64,000 nt of DNA from an uncultured Candidatus Saccharimonadales bacterium (GTDB lineage Bacteria; Patescibacteriota; Saccharimonadia; UBA4664): NCBI GenBank assembly GCA_964467655.1, contig CAYXSN010000004.1:19906-83905 (forward strand). Direction: 5' to 3'. Of the stretch, positions 10,401-19,666 are shown piece by piece. The translations under genes and the position numbers were made by a program. Below the pieces are notes generated by a model that worked only from the letters and a program-made list of their open reading frames with translations, was not told the origin of the DNA and ran no database searches. Within the stretch, counting starts at the first letter, position 1. Every line of letters begins with the position of its first letter.

Positions 10401-11359
10401 GCAAGCGGAAAAATAAACGTTAATATCTTGAATGGTGATGCAATGAATAAATCCGCCCAGGGAAACCAGCGGCCGCCAATTTTGTCGGATAGACTGTAAT
10501 AGCCGTTGAGCGTTAGGACATTTAAGAACGAGGCGTTACTACTAATGACATTGAGTATTGAGAACGAGCCATCCAGGTTTCCGCCGCCCGTGGATTTGGC
10601 TGTGCTATCGGCAACATTGAAGAATTGCGGCAGCAAATACCACAGATTTGTAGATATCCAGACCACAATACCTGTTGCCATGAGGAGTGCGAATCGCCGC
10701 AGCGGCATATCAACTAACGCCAACAGCGATACGCCACCGAGAATGCCGATCATGATAAAGAGGAATGATAAATTCGTGAGCGCTACAGATACAAACCCGG
10801 CCGTTACAAACGATAGTGCGATTACATACGCAATCCGTCCAGTATCAAGGAATTTCAACTGAAGCCAGATGAGCAATGGCAGAGCCGCATAAAAAATGTA
10901 CAGAAATATGATCATCCGCCAGCCATTGATCGCAATGTACAAATTCGACATGTAAAACAGTGCTGGTACGGTTAGCGCCCATGTATTCCTGGTGAGGCTG
11001 TATTTGGTTTGCAGATATTCCAGCAGTACAATGGCACTCCAACCTGTTACTACGAGGACTCCAAAAAAGAATAGTGCCTGCGACGCCACAGCGTTCAAGC
11101 CAACCAATTGAAATATCCCGATGAGCACAAAGAGCGGCACAATGGCATAACCGGTGGCATCGATAATGCCGCCACTATATTGAGGCTTCCAACCAAACGA
11201 AAAGTTGTGGGCATGCTCTAAAGGATTGCCAATAGACCACGTACTATCGGCATAAAACAGTAGCCGCCCGCTTGAGTACCACATACCGATCGTTATCAGT
11301 GCTGCTAACGCGACAATGGCGTATGGCAGCCATCGCTGATTATTGAGCCACTTATGCAT
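7487..11359 (-). CDS. Large membrane glycosyltransferase-like protein (GT-C/AftD-like N-terminus, carbohydrate-binding-like domains, C-terminal TM)
   Basis: ~12 N-terminal TMs, two repeated beta-sandwich modules (IQNGDFS...), ANGW motif; start overlaps the upstream stop. Confidence 0.75.
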   Translation of the reverse strand: MHKWLNNQRWLPYAIVALAALITIGMWYSSGRLLFYADSTWSIGNPLEHAHNFSFGWKPQYSGGIIDATGYAIVPLFVLIGIFQLVGLNAVASQALFFFGVLVVTGWSAIVLLEYLQTKYSLTRNTWALTVPALFYMSNLYIAINGWRMIIFLYIFYAALPLLIWLQLKFLDTGRIAYVIALSFVTAGFVSVALTNLSFLFIMIGILGGVSLLALVDMPLRRFALLMATGIVVWISTNLWYLLPQFFNVADSTAKSTGGGNLDGSFSILNVISSNASFLNVLTLNGYYSLSDKIGGRWFPWADLFIASPFKILTFIFPLALIVVLLNQNILRKAWRLVILAVAMVLVGSFLAKGSHEPFGGFFVFLFQTFPVPFLAFRAAYEKLGIIVALGYLLTLFLAFSIPLRVSSAKALWYRSVAALIIMVLGFPVWTGQIFNSNNGIRPAAQIAIPQDYYQVADFLKADAHALTLSLPLQHTAWISSKWGDGKEGYIGNDILRLLSGTSIISTDIGGATIDKFNYDVEADFTATDVQTANLARRNIKYVVVRKDSNYDWAHAYGKSPLSIHDLQNGIQKSGHFKQKMDTPNLAVYELIDPQPKEFISVTDNLYSFTGRNNFKAVNEFVTATLAKPNYYYTTDNVKMPTAHIEPLFANVTTANIDPISGRIHDQPVVATDSQPATLYKTASAPVIRAVSDATRITISAHDEGLLTLDGTTPFRQDQQKYETTSIERRPQRRYFVEANNSYTPISSDNPVEIANRQGATTAKVISARDENMIQNGDFSRGLWQPKVEDCAIESSRAELSMRLLDKDAKQATKALELVAKGHIACTRTGVTLQSGKQYLISFDYASPSHSKIGYAIYAGKGSEINSSWSTNTADDSWHRYSKIVTTPANVDASNFFLYAFSGTDIDKTNVARYANVSVYEVIESQAVKLIAADQVVKKAIGNTQVSNAEYVGTPNNFERRYLNDWPQKVVDCSASDERSDISLVVDKRGPGSLVKLTSRNHIACANTNVSVVDSGDYMLDFEYKPSSDTAAGYYIGFNDPAGTYLSDRLKGSEQSGGSTQASIKFKAPAGATSATIYLYAYEPQSGKVNVVEYSDMKLDRLPNITGKYVLLSDSPTITSMPKSVEHHTASPVKHSISVKSAEKPFYLAMNQNYFSKWRLEINNGKVQGINSWVPWAKPDAIADSDHFKLNDFANGWYIDVDKLCKQQNLCHANPDGTYDLELVAEFTPQRWFYVGLIISGLTLAGCLGYLGMTGWRHWRRRRGSGGTRPKSQGGASPRASKPARRIVRL

Positions 11360-12464
11360 GCGCGCCCCCAAGTTGTTCAATAACTTCACTCAAGGCACGG
11401 GCTTGTTGCCGTACATCGAAATATTTGTTTGTGCGTTTGGCATTGTTCGCCTGGACCGATGCCAGATGTCGAGGCTCGCTCAGCAAGCTCTCAACGGCGG
11501 CGATGACGGCTTTTGAATCGTTTTGAGCGACCACAATATTGTCTGCGCCCACGATTTCAGGTAAGGCTCCCGCATCGGTGGTGATTACTGCCAAACCGCA
11601 CGCCATAGCCTCGACGAAGCTAAAACCAAACTGTTCTGAGGTGATCTTGAGTTTGTACTTGTACATGTCGCGGCAGGGCATGACGAGGATGCCGTGCTGC
11701 TGGAGTACGCTTGGCAATTGCTCATTTGGTAGCGGCCCAAGATATGAAAATTGTGGGTATTTATCGACATAGCTTTTGATTGTATCTGCATACGGGCCCT
11801 TGCCGATGACGGTCATTTTGATATCTGGATTCTTCGGCAATACGGCATCGGCAACTTCGAGGAAGATATCGATGCCTTTGTGAGGCTTAAGACCGCCAAC
11901 AAAAATGAGATTTCGATTGGTTTGTGAGTGTTTGACACTTTGAAAAAGATGCAGGTCTATGCCCGGATACACTACCTTCGCCTTATCTGGAGGTGCGCCC
12001 AGAGCCAGTACACAATCGCGAGCTTTGTTTGATACGCACACAAATAGATCGGCGTGTTTGATGACATAGAGCCGATTGCCTATGTGTGAGGGTAGATAGT
12101 GTAGTGGATGGCGCGGTATGAGCTCGTATACCAGTACCACGACCTTTTTGCCGTGCTTGTGAGCATACTCGGTGAACTGTTTGGCTATGGATGAAAAAAC
12201 TTCGAGGACAATGATAACATCGACATCTGCGAGGTACCGTTCGAAGCCAGTATAGGTTACCAATTTGGCAGTTGAATGGTACTTACCAGCGAATAGGCGG
12301 CTTTCCTGGCTCTGTACCTGGCAGTATTCGACATTGTCGGGCTTTGTGGTGGGGTAGGATGCAAAGTCGATATCGAGAAACTTGATTTTCTCAACCGGCA
12401 TGCGCGAAAACCAGTGGTACTCGTAGTTGGGACGACTATCGTGTGAGACGTAAGCGATTTTCAT
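11352..12464 (-). CDS. Glycosyltransferase family 4
   Basis: FVGGLKPHKG, EQFGFSFVEAMACG. Confidence 0.92.
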   Translation of the reverse strand: MKIAYVSHDSRPNYEYHWFSRMPVEKIKFLDIDFASYPTTKPDNVEYCQVQSQESRLFAGKYHSTAKLVTYTGFERYLADVDVIIVLEVFSSIAKQFTEYAHKHGKKVVVLVYELIPRHPLHYLPSHIGNRLYVIKHADLFVCVSNKARDCVLALGAPPDKAKVVYPGIDLHLFQSVKHSQTNRNLIFVGGLKPHKGIDIFLEVADAVLPKNPDIKMTVIGKGPYADTIKSYVDKYPQFSYLGPLPNEQLPSVLQQHGILVMPCRDMYKYKLKITSEQFGFSFVEAMACGLAVITTDAGALPEIVGADNIVVAQNDSKAVIAAVESLLSEPRHLASVQANNAKRTNKYFDVRQQARALSEVIEQLGGAHA

Positions 12465-13306
12465 TTCCGATGAGCCTTACCTGACCGCTTTAATACTTCC
12501 GGTTCGCCGCGGAGCATGCCGGTGGCTCCGGCCAGATACTTTACAAACATGTAGTACCAAAACGCCGTGAAGAGCTTGGGTTGTTTGATGAGGTCTTTTT
12601 GGAGTTGGATGAATTGGGGTCGGAAGAAGTTGAATTGTTTGACACTGCGAACGCCGGCTTTTTGGTTGTATTTGCCTATGGTTCGGCCGTAATAGTGGAA
12701 CTTACGCCAGACATCGCCGATGGTTTTGGGCTCGCCGATGTGGGTTTCCACAGCGTCAACGTGAGCCCATTTGTAGCCAGCGTCCACCATACGGTTGTGT
12801 AGATCGAAATCCTCACCGGCCACGAGTGTTTCATCGAAGCCACCTAAGGCATCAAAGACCGAGCGCTTGAAGAAGCGGGCCCCCACGATGGAAGTGTCGT
12901 TTTTGTAGGTTTCACGTTCCAGGTAGCGTACATGAGCCCAGATACTGTCGCCCTGGGAACGGTTATGTACCGCAAGTGCATCATAGCCTTCGGCCATTTT
13001 GGCGACACATTTGGCGACCACATCGGGCTCAAGTACAAATTCGAGGCCGATCCGGTACATGTACTCCCCTGTGGCTTTGGTGACGCCATAGTTGAACTGA
13101 GTTGAGCGCTCGGGTCCGAGCTGGTAGAACTGGTCGGCATATTGTTTGACAATATCTGGTGTGCCGTCAGTCGAAAAGTTGTCTACGACGATTAACTCAA
13201 TGTGCGGGTACGTTTGCGCTTTGACGCTCTGGAGGCTGGCGTGCGCGGCTGGAGCGTTGTTTTTGCAGGCTATAACAATTGAGACTAATGGTTGTTTGGC
13301 TGCCAT
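12461..13306 (-). CDS. Glycosyltransferase family 2
   Basis: VSIVI...VVDNFSTDGT, GGFDE, GEDFD; start MAAKQP. Confidence 0.9.
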   Translation of the reverse strand: MAAKQPLVSIVIACKNNAPAAHASLQSVKAQTYPHIELIVVDNFSTDGTPDIVKQYADQFYQLGPERSTQFNYGVTKATGEYMYRIGLEFVLEPDVVAKCVAKMAEGYDALAVHNRSQGDSIWAHVRYLERETYKNDTSIVGARFFKRSVFDALGGFDETLVAGEDFDLHNRMVDAGYKWAHVDAVETHIGEPKTIGDVWRKFHYYGRTIGKYNQKAGVRSVKQFNFFRPQFIQLQKDLIKQPKLFTAFWYYMFVKYLAGATGMLRGEPEVLKRSGKAHRK

Positions 13307-14124
13307 TTGTTCCCTCGAAATTTGGCCAGCACAAAGCCGGCTCCCCCGAAGCTGAATTTGAGTAGCAGATACCCAGCTAACTGCAGGCTCTTGACCGGAT
13401 TTTGCATGAGGCGTTTGCCACGACAATGTGCGAATGCCATCAAGTATTTGAGCTGCCCATTGAACTCGCCGGGATTGGCTTTTTGGTATCGCACCGAGTC
13501 TTTGCCGTAGTGATACATTTTTACCAGATGCGGCCAGAGCTTTGTGGGCTCACCCAAGTGCAGGGCCTCGGCGTCGATGAAGGCGGTCTTGTAGCCGGCT
13601 TTGTTGAGCTTGTTTTGAAAGTCGTAATCTTCGCCGGCGGTAATGGCTTCGTTGAAGCCGCCAATGGCCTGATAGACAGATTTCTTGATGAAACGGGCCG
13701 AGGAGTGCTGAAGGTCGTATTTGTACATGTCGACCTCAAACTTTCTGATGCGGGCAATCCAGCTAATGCTGGGATCGGGTGAGTTGTGTACCACCACAGC
13801 GTCGGCGCCCTCAGTGGCCCGCCTGATGCATTGATCGATGACGGCGGGATCGAGCACGAAATCGGCATCCACTTTGTAGACATACTCGCCTGTGGCTTTG
13901 GTGACACCAAAGTTTACTTGGGCCGAGCGCTCCGGCCCGTGGTTGTACACGTGCTGAGTGTAGCGCTGGGCGATGGTTTTGGTGGTGTCGGTGGAATCGC
14001 GGTCGACCACAATGATTTCGATGGGTTTGTACGTTTGATCGGCGATTGATTTGAGGCAGGCCTCAATTGTGGCGGCGCTATTGCGAGTGGGAATGATGAC
14101 TGAGACAAGCTGGTTACTGGGCAT
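13285..14124 (-). CDS. Glycosyltransferase family 2 (tandem paralog)
   Basis: VSVIIPTRN, DAD motif, GEDYD. Confidence 0.92.
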   Translation of the reverse strand: MPSNQLVSVIIPTRNSAATIEACLKSIADQTYKPIEIIVVDRDSTDTTKTIAQRYTQHVYNHGPERSAQVNFGVTKATGEYVYKVDADFVLDPAVIDQCIRRATEGADAVVVHNSPDPSISWIARIRKFEVDMYKYDLQHSSARFIKKSVYQAIGGFNEAITAGEDYDFQNKLNKAGYKTAFIDAEALHLGEPTKLWPHLVKMYHYGKDSVRYQKANPGEFNGQLKYLMAFAHCRGKRLMQNPVKSLQLAGYLLLKFSFGGAGFVLAKFRGNKWQPNNH

Positions 14125-14445
14125 ACCGCTTTAGTTTATCAGATCTGGTGGGAGGTGGCAAAACGGGATGGAGGAACTTTCGGAGAAAGAATATGTCTCA
14201 CCGAGACTCTCGCTCGTACCCCTCAAAAATACATCCATGAAGGGTTGTGATCTGTGACAGCAACGCTGACATTGGTTTGAGGGATGTGGCTACGGGTATC
14301 TTCTTCATCAAGCATGGCCCGGGGTTTGGTGACCAGATCTCCTATCAGTGGGTAGCTGGCTAAAAAGTAATAAATGCTCGATTGAGCCCAGCCTCGATAT
14401 TGCGGCCTTTCAGTCCGATCGACTCCGAAACGTAAGGCGTTTTGC

Positions 14446-14490
14446 ATGCCCGTCCCGAGTGCACTCACTACGAGTGTGCTCGGGACGGGC
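14446..14490 (+). repeat. 45 bp hairpin/terminator repeat, copy 1
   Basis: 19 bp stem followed by a T7 run; 42/45 identical to 17765-17809. Confidence 0.85.
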
Positions 14491-14519
14491 GGTTTTTTTG
14501 ATGATTATAAAAAGGTTGG

Positions 14520-14548
14520 GGGGGCCGCTCACAGTGTGAGCGGCCCCC
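14520..14548 (-). terminator. Intrinsic terminator
   Basis: gggggccgctcac / gtgagcggccccc downstream of the 14555 gene. Confidence 0.7.
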
Positions 14549-14554
14549 GGGAGG

Positions 14555-14824
14555 TCAGTAGTCGTCTTCGGGTTGGGGGTCGGCGGGGTAGGCTGCCCCG
14601 CCGACGAACAGGACGGCTCCCAGGCCAGCAATGACGCCGGCCAGCAGCTCCCGGTATGGGTGGCCGCTACAGATCGGCCAGATCAATATTGCGAGCCCGA
14701 TGAGCGCCGGGCCACCCACAAGCCCTGTGTCGCGCGGGCCCTCTACACTGCCTAGCGCGTTAGCGCAGAAGAACAGGACGACGAATCCGAGGATGCTGAT
14801 GAGTGCGGCCAAGTGAGTACCCAT
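14555..14824 (-). CDS. Small 3-TM membrane protein
   Basis: SD AAGGAG, hydrophobic segments, upstream TATAAT. Confidence 0.75.
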   Translation of the reverse strand: MGTHLAALISILGFVVLFFCANALGSVEGPRDTGLVGGPALIGLAILIWPICSGHPYRELLAGVIAGLGAVLFVGGAAYPADPQPEDDY

Positions 14825-14988
14825 GGTGGCTCCTTGATACTAGGAAAATGCGGCTGTTGACCTTCTATTATTATATCACGTTTTCTACTTTATGTAAATA
14901 TATTGCTCTGTTGAACTTTTTATTTTATAACTTGGCACGCTTCAGGTGCCAGTTGGTCTCTCCCTAGTGCATTGGCCTGCATGAGGCT

Positions 14989-15037
14989 CTCACGAGTGAT
15001 TGGTCAAACGGTCTCCACTTGTGGGGGCCGTTTGCAT
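14989..15037 (+). repeat. 49 bp hairpin-containing repeat, copy 1
   Basis: 46/49 identical to 16832-16880. Confidence 0.85.
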
Positions 15038-15083
15038 ATCTGGGTATAAGTTGATCCCCCGACCTGGCTGGCCGGGGGATGTG

Positions 15084-15893
15084 TCAAGAGGCTTGCTCTT
15101 GGTAGAAGAGTTGGCGGTCTTTGCGGTAGATACGCGCATAGACCCATGGCGGATAGTGACGGCAGATCTGTCGGCGGGCCGACAGCCTGTTCTGGGCAAC
15201 CGACGTGTAATAGGTGTGCAGTTCACGCCGAACCCAGTTTGGTCGATACCCTAAACGTTCGAAAATCTGATTTTCGGTCAACCAGCCATTTGCGGATGGC
15301 ACCTCGGGTTTGTGCCCCAGAGACTTGAAGTCGGGCACGTAATAGTGATCGGTGATCTTGTTGGTACCCGAAGCCCGAAGCCGTCGAGACTGGAGATTGT
15401 GCTCGTTGATGTGGCGGCGGATCTTGTATTTTGACCAGCCGGTCAATTGGCAGATCTCGCCTTCGGTGAGCCAGTCGATCTCGGCGAATGCTGGTAGATA
15501 CGCCTTGAGAGCTTGGTATGATTCGGGTGAGATAGCGGCCACGGGGCGACCATTGCGGCCGCGACGCTGCTCCACAGGGCCAAATTCAGGGTGGAGCTTG
15601 AGGTGCCGGTAGAACGTGGTCTCGATGATGCCGCAGTCGAGGCAGGCTTGGTACACGCTCACCCATCGCCTCAACCGGGGATACTGGCGCAAATTGGCAG
15701 TGTCGGCCTTGATTTGTTCGTAACATTCTTGCCTGTAGAACCTGGGCCGTTGTCCACCGCCAGTGCCGGCTAAGATGTAGTCTTTGGCATATGGACTGCG
15801 CCTGATTCTGGTCCGCACGAAGTCTCTGGGAAGTCCGAGGGACCGAGCCATACGCGCGGCACTCCAGATATAGGGGGTAGGTGCATTGCTCAT
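15084..15893 (-). CDS. Putative DNA-binding protein with four tandem HTH-like repeats
   Basis: WSAARMARSLG, WVSVYQACLDCG, WLTEGEICQLTG, WLTENQIFERLG at ~65 aa spacing; very basic. Confidence 0.7.
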   Translation of the reverse strand: MSNAPTPYIWSAARMARSLGLPRDFVRTRIRRSPYAKDYILAGTGGGQRPRFYRQECYEQIKADTANLRQYPRLRRWVSVYQACLDCGIIETTFYRHLKLHPEFGPVEQRRGRNGRPVAAISPESYQALKAYLPAFAEIDWLTEGEICQLTGWSKYKIRRHINEHNLQSRRLRASGTNKITDHYYVPDFKSLGHKPEVPSANGWLTENQIFERLGYRPNWVRRELHTYYTSVAQNRLSARRQICRHYPPWVYARIYRKDRQLFYQEQAS

Positions 15894-16068
15894 GGTTAAC
15901 CTCTGTCGGGTAGAGTTCTGGCAACTGCCCCACTTGTACCTGATTTGAGTTGTTTGTGCAAGATTGGCGTACTGAGATGGCTATTTTTGTTTACAAAATG
16001 TTATTTATGTTGTATAATCTAGCCACTGTACTTTGATTCCGCTCCCTTGCCAACCGAGAGAGGCAATT

Positions 16069-16842
16069 ATGGATCTGCTACTTCGTAGTCTGCTGACGGC
16101 AGCAGTCCTGACAGCTGTGATGGCCACGCTCAGCGTATTAGTGCTGCATGCGTGTATGCACTACCGCACGTCGCCTATTGCCCGGACGACAATCAAGAGC
16201 ATTTTTCAGGACTGGCTGGTTTTTGTGCCATGCTGGGGCGTCGCATTGGGATTGCGCTCCGTCGCCCATTTTAACATCATTGTATGTGCTTGGTGGGGCG
16301 TGTTGGCGTTCATCATCGAGATACACCTGCTGGAGAAGTACATCAACAGCAGGTGGGCGACGACGTCGAGTATTCGTACCCCGACGCCCGACGAGCTCGC
16401 AGGTCTCGCGGAGCAACCGGATGAGGCCTGGCAGCAGATCCTGAACGATGCCCTCCTGTATCTACAGAGCGTTCAGCCAGCTGGGCTCAGGGCGGTTGTG
16501 CAGGCTCGAGCCAGGCTCAAGAAGTCATCAACCCGGGCTGAGCTGAGCGGCCTGCATGATGACAGCCTGCCAGTCAGATTCTTGAACTGGTGTCAGGACC
16601 TGCTCAATGCTGTCTTCGAGGATGAATTCGCAGACCGGTTCGACCCGAATCTGTTGTCGGTGGCGAGTATCTATGCGCCCCAAATACTGAACGACGCATA
16701 TGGCGACAAGTACGACAACGATCGGCGCATTGTTCGATCGTTTGCCCAGGCGCATGGCCTGGAGGCGATCGCTCATGCATTTTACACCATTTGGTATGCC
16801 CACATTGGCAGACCGCGCTACATCTCCGGCCCTCACGAGTGA
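16069..16842 (+). CDS. Membrane hypothetical protein (3 TM plus soluble domain)
   Basis: SD GAGAGG, upstream TATAAT. Confidence 0.7.
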   Translation: MDLLLRSLLTAAVLTAVMATLSVLVLHACMHYRTSPIARTTIKSIFQDWLVFVPCWGVALGLRSVAHFNIIVCAWWGVLAFIIEIHLLEKYINSRWATTSSIRTPTPDELAGLAEQPDEAWQQILNDALLYLQSVQPAGLRAVVQARARLKKSSTRAELSGLHDDSLPVRFLNWCQDLLNAVFEDEFADRFDPNLLSVASIYAPQILNDAYGDKYDNDRRIVRSFAQAHGLEAIAHAFYTIWYAHIGRPRYISGPHE

Positions 16843-16880
16843 TTGACCAAGCGGTCTCCACTTGTGGGGGCCGTTTGCAT
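16832..16880 (+). repeat. 49 bp hairpin-containing repeat, copy 2
   Basis: Supplies the stop codon and terminator of the 16069 gene. Confidence 0.85.
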
Positions 16881-16990
16881 TTTGAGGAGCGGGCGGTTTT
16901 TATAATTGCTTATACATACGAAATGTTGTAGTGCGGCTTGCGTTCCTTGATAGGTTGGCCCGCAAACTCCGTCGAAAGGCAGGTCCAGAT

Positions 16991-17221
16991 ATGATGAACC
17001 ACGCGATTGACAGCACCGGGGCGCTCGTAGCAGCAGCCCGAGCCTTCGAGCAGGCTGCTGCCGACTGTGTGAGGGCGGCATCCCTGGTGGTAGCCGCCCA
17101 TGATGAGACTGGCTTGGTCGCCGATTTTGAGGCTAAGCTTCGGGTGGCCGCTGCGTTGGCAGAGCAAGCGCAAGCCAAATTGACTGCCGGCAACCGTTGC
17201 TTGACCGAATTCGAGGCGTGA
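16991..17221 (+). CDS. Small Ala-rich helical protein
   Basis: 76 aa ORF with AGG upstream. Confidence 0.5.
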   Translation: MMNHAIDSTGALVAAARAFEQAAADCVRAASLVVAAHDETGLVADFEAKLRVAAALAEQAQAKLTAGNRCLTEFEA

Positions 17222-17384
17222 ATGCAGCCCGAGCTTGAGGCGACATCATGTGGGCATGTGTATAATGATCAGCTACCGTCGTTTGACTCGTAGTAGGGAT
17301 CATTGTAGACTAACCCCGTCCCGTTTCGGCATGATCTTCAGTCAGCTTCACCGGTTGAAGATGCATCTGGAGGGAGACGAATAG

Positions 17385-17552
17385 ATGGGACAGAACGCCC
17401 AACGAATTCTCGATGGAATGGAGGCCTGGGTACGCAGACTCCGCCCCACCGATACGGCGGAGTCAGAGGCAGCCCAACAATTGCTGGGCTCACTGCAGCA
17501 AACAAGGCAACGATTGGAGTCTGAAGATGTCCAAGCTGATGAGGATCGTTAG
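17385..17552 (+). CDS. 55 aa small ORF (MGQNAQRILDGMEAW...)
   Basis: GGAGGGAG SD, helical composition; below the ORF-track cutoff. Confidence 0.5.
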   Translation: MGQNAQRILDGMEAWVRRLRPTDTAESEAAQQLLGSLQQTRQRLESEDVQADEDR

Positions 17553-17760
17553 TTTGGTATTGGTGGGATTGGGTGTACTGCTCACCTCGGAGTGGTGTAA
17601 CCCGAACCCCATCACCGATCCAAAGCGGTTCGCACCGCAGCCGACCAGCCCGTCCACCCAGTGGATCCTGACCGCCATTGTGGTGCTGTTTGCGATCGGT
17701 ATGGTGGTAGTGGTTCGGACTCTCAGGTCCGAGCCCCGAGCGACGGTCGCCGCCCGCTAG
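17527..17760 (+). CDS. 77 aa two-TM membrane protein
   Basis: GGAG SD, two hydrophobic segments, stop before the terminator. Confidence 0.6.
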   Translation: MSKLMRIVSLVLVGLGVLLTSEWCNPNPITDPKRFAPQPTSPSTQWILTAIVVLFAIGMVVVVRTLRSEPRATVAAR

Positions 17761-17764
17761 TTGA

Positions 17765-17809
17765 ATGCCCGTCTCGGGTGCACTCACTACGAGTGTACTC
17801 GGGACGGGC
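17765..17809 (+). repeat. 45 bp hairpin/terminator repeat, copy 2
   Basis: All three differences from copy 1 preserve pairing on the + strand. Confidence 0.85.
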
Positions 17810-17893
17810 CTTGCTTTTTGTAGTGTTCCAATGTTTAATATAGCAGTTCGAAGTACCATTGACAGATACATGATCTCTCTTCAGGAGGAACCT

Positions 17894-18904
17894 GTGAATC
17901 CAGCATGGATAGTTCTGGCTAGCGGCCTGGCGCTGATAGTTCTCGTCCTGGGTATTGGCATCACTCTGGCAGTGCGCGCCGACCGACGCAGACAAGCCGT
18001 CGCTGAGCGGGCGATAGATTGGGAAAGTGAGCGTAAGGCCTGGACTGCTCTGCTTGATATAGCTGCGCGGCACCTGAACCTCTCGCTCAGTGAGCCTGAT
18101 GATGAGACGACCGCCGCCCGCCAGGAGATCGCTGATATCTTGCGGGCAGATTCTCCTGAATCGCCTGAGGGTATGCAGCGAGCGTTTCGTCTCAAAGAAG
18201 CCGCGCGAAGTTTGGGTGTAAATGTTGCAGCAATCCGGTCGCGGGCCGAAGACGATGCCACTGTTGCTCGACTCAGGCTTGAGTTGGCAGCCGTAATCCG
18301 GACGTCGCTCGATTCTTCGGCACCGGCTGCTGCACGACTCACAGCCCTCGTAACCATCTTGACCAGGCTTGCGCAGCATAAGCCTGATGTTGTGGCCCGG
18401 GTGCTGCGTGACTTTGGCCTGCCGGCTGGCGATGACGATCTGCTCGGGCAGCTCCGACAGCGCTATCTTGAGATCCGATCGCAGTGCCTCGAAGATCTCT
18501 TGGTCCAAGGCTGGAACGCCGCCAATGACGACGCCTTGAGCAAGTGCCTGGCCCAGATCCTCGATTTGTTGCAACGCGATAGCTGGACAATTAGACGCCT
18601 GCAGCTGGATGACAACCAGTTGACGACGTACTACCAACTCCTGGCTAGGCTGCCAAAACGTACCGACGATCAGCTCATCGACCGAGACCGATTGATGACG
18701 CTGGCGACGGTGCTATTCGCAACCGACACTGAGGCGGGCGCTGAATGGCGCATCGCCTGCGACGTGCTTGCGCTCCAGATTCTGGTGCGTCACACCGCGG
18801 CAGAACTAGGCATGGGAGCTGTTCAGCACGCTCGGCTCCTGCACACACTGCAGTCCCGATTGTCCGAACAGCGGATTGCGTGGCTCGAGTCCGATCAGAA
18901 ATAA
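17894..18904 (+). CDS. N-terminally anchored alpha-helical hypothetical protein
   Basis: SD AGGAGG with GTG start, one TM. Confidence 0.7.
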   Translation: MNPAWIVLASGLALIVLVLGIGITLAVRADRRRQAVAERAIDWESERKAWTALLDIAARHLNLSLSEPDDETTAARQEIADILRADSPESPEGMQRAFRLKEAARSLGVNVAAIRSRAEDDATVARLRLELAAVIRTSLDSSAPAAARLTALVTILTRLAQHKPDVVARVLRDFGLPAGDDDLLGQLRQRYLEIRSQCLEDLLVQGWNAANDDALSKCLAQILDLLQRDSWTIRRLQLDDNQLTTYYQLLARLPKRTDDQLIDRDRLMTLATVLFATDTEAGAEWRIACDVLALQILVRHTAAELGMGAVQHARLLHTLQSRLSEQRIAWLESDQK

Positions 18905-19083
18905 ACTCCCGCCACTGAGTGACTCGCTTGGTCCCGAGGGGAGGCGCCGATTGACGGCCCTCCCCTCAGGGCTGTCAATCTTGATAATTTTGAGCCTAAG
19001 CTGTATAGTGCAATGATTCATAGTTCTATTAACATCTAGAAGCTTTCGACATACCCTTCCCTCCACTGAAACGGAGTCATGTC

Positions 19084-19653
19084 ATGGAGCGACCAGTGGC
19101 AATTCACACAGCGCCAGTAACCGCACCGGATATCGGCCAGATTCTCGATGCTCTATCGAGTCGGTTGTCACTCACGCCGCCTCCCAGATATGCCCGGCAA
19201 CTGCGACCCGCGTTTGCGGCTCTCACCGAGCTCATGACACGACTGCGCGGCGTCGGGCGCACCACCCCAATGAAGCGGGTCCGACTCAGCGATGTGGTCC
19301 GGCAGGACCGCTTGCCGGCTGATGTGCCACCATTATTTGGTCTGCACGCACCAGACTGGTATGCCGTCAATATCGGGCCCGTCATGCTGTCGCAACATCT
19401 TGTGGTCACTGCAGTTGAGCAATTGACAATCGCCCGAACCCCTTACGATCGTGTAGGTGTGGCCGTTGACCCAAGCGGTCAGCACCTGAGCGCATACCAT
19501 CACTTCACACGTGACGGCAGCTCGTCCGCCAACTGTGAGCTTGTGCCGGGCTTCGGTTTTGTCGATTCCGGAGACGACACACCGGACATGCACATAATCA
19601 TCAAGGCTGTTACCGAAGTCTGGCGCGGCCTGAACACCATCCCTCCATCCTGA
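19084..19653 (+). CDS. Hypothetical protein
   Basis: SD GGAG; first of a three-gene run. Confidence 0.65.
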   Translation: MERPVAIHTAPVTAPDIGQILDALSSRLSLTPPPRYARQLRPAFAALTELMTRLRGVGRTTPMKRVRLSDVVRQDRLPADVPPLFGLHAPDWYAVNIGPVMLSQHLVVTAVEQLTIARTPYDRVGVAVDPSGQHLSAYHHFTRDGSSSANCELVPGFGFVDSGDDTPDMHIIIKAVTEVWRGLNTIPPS

Positions 19654-19666
19654 AACGGAGTACGTC

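Noticed and set aside
14150-14440. Gene in front of the first 45 bp terminator
   Set aside because: Only short broken frames were found.
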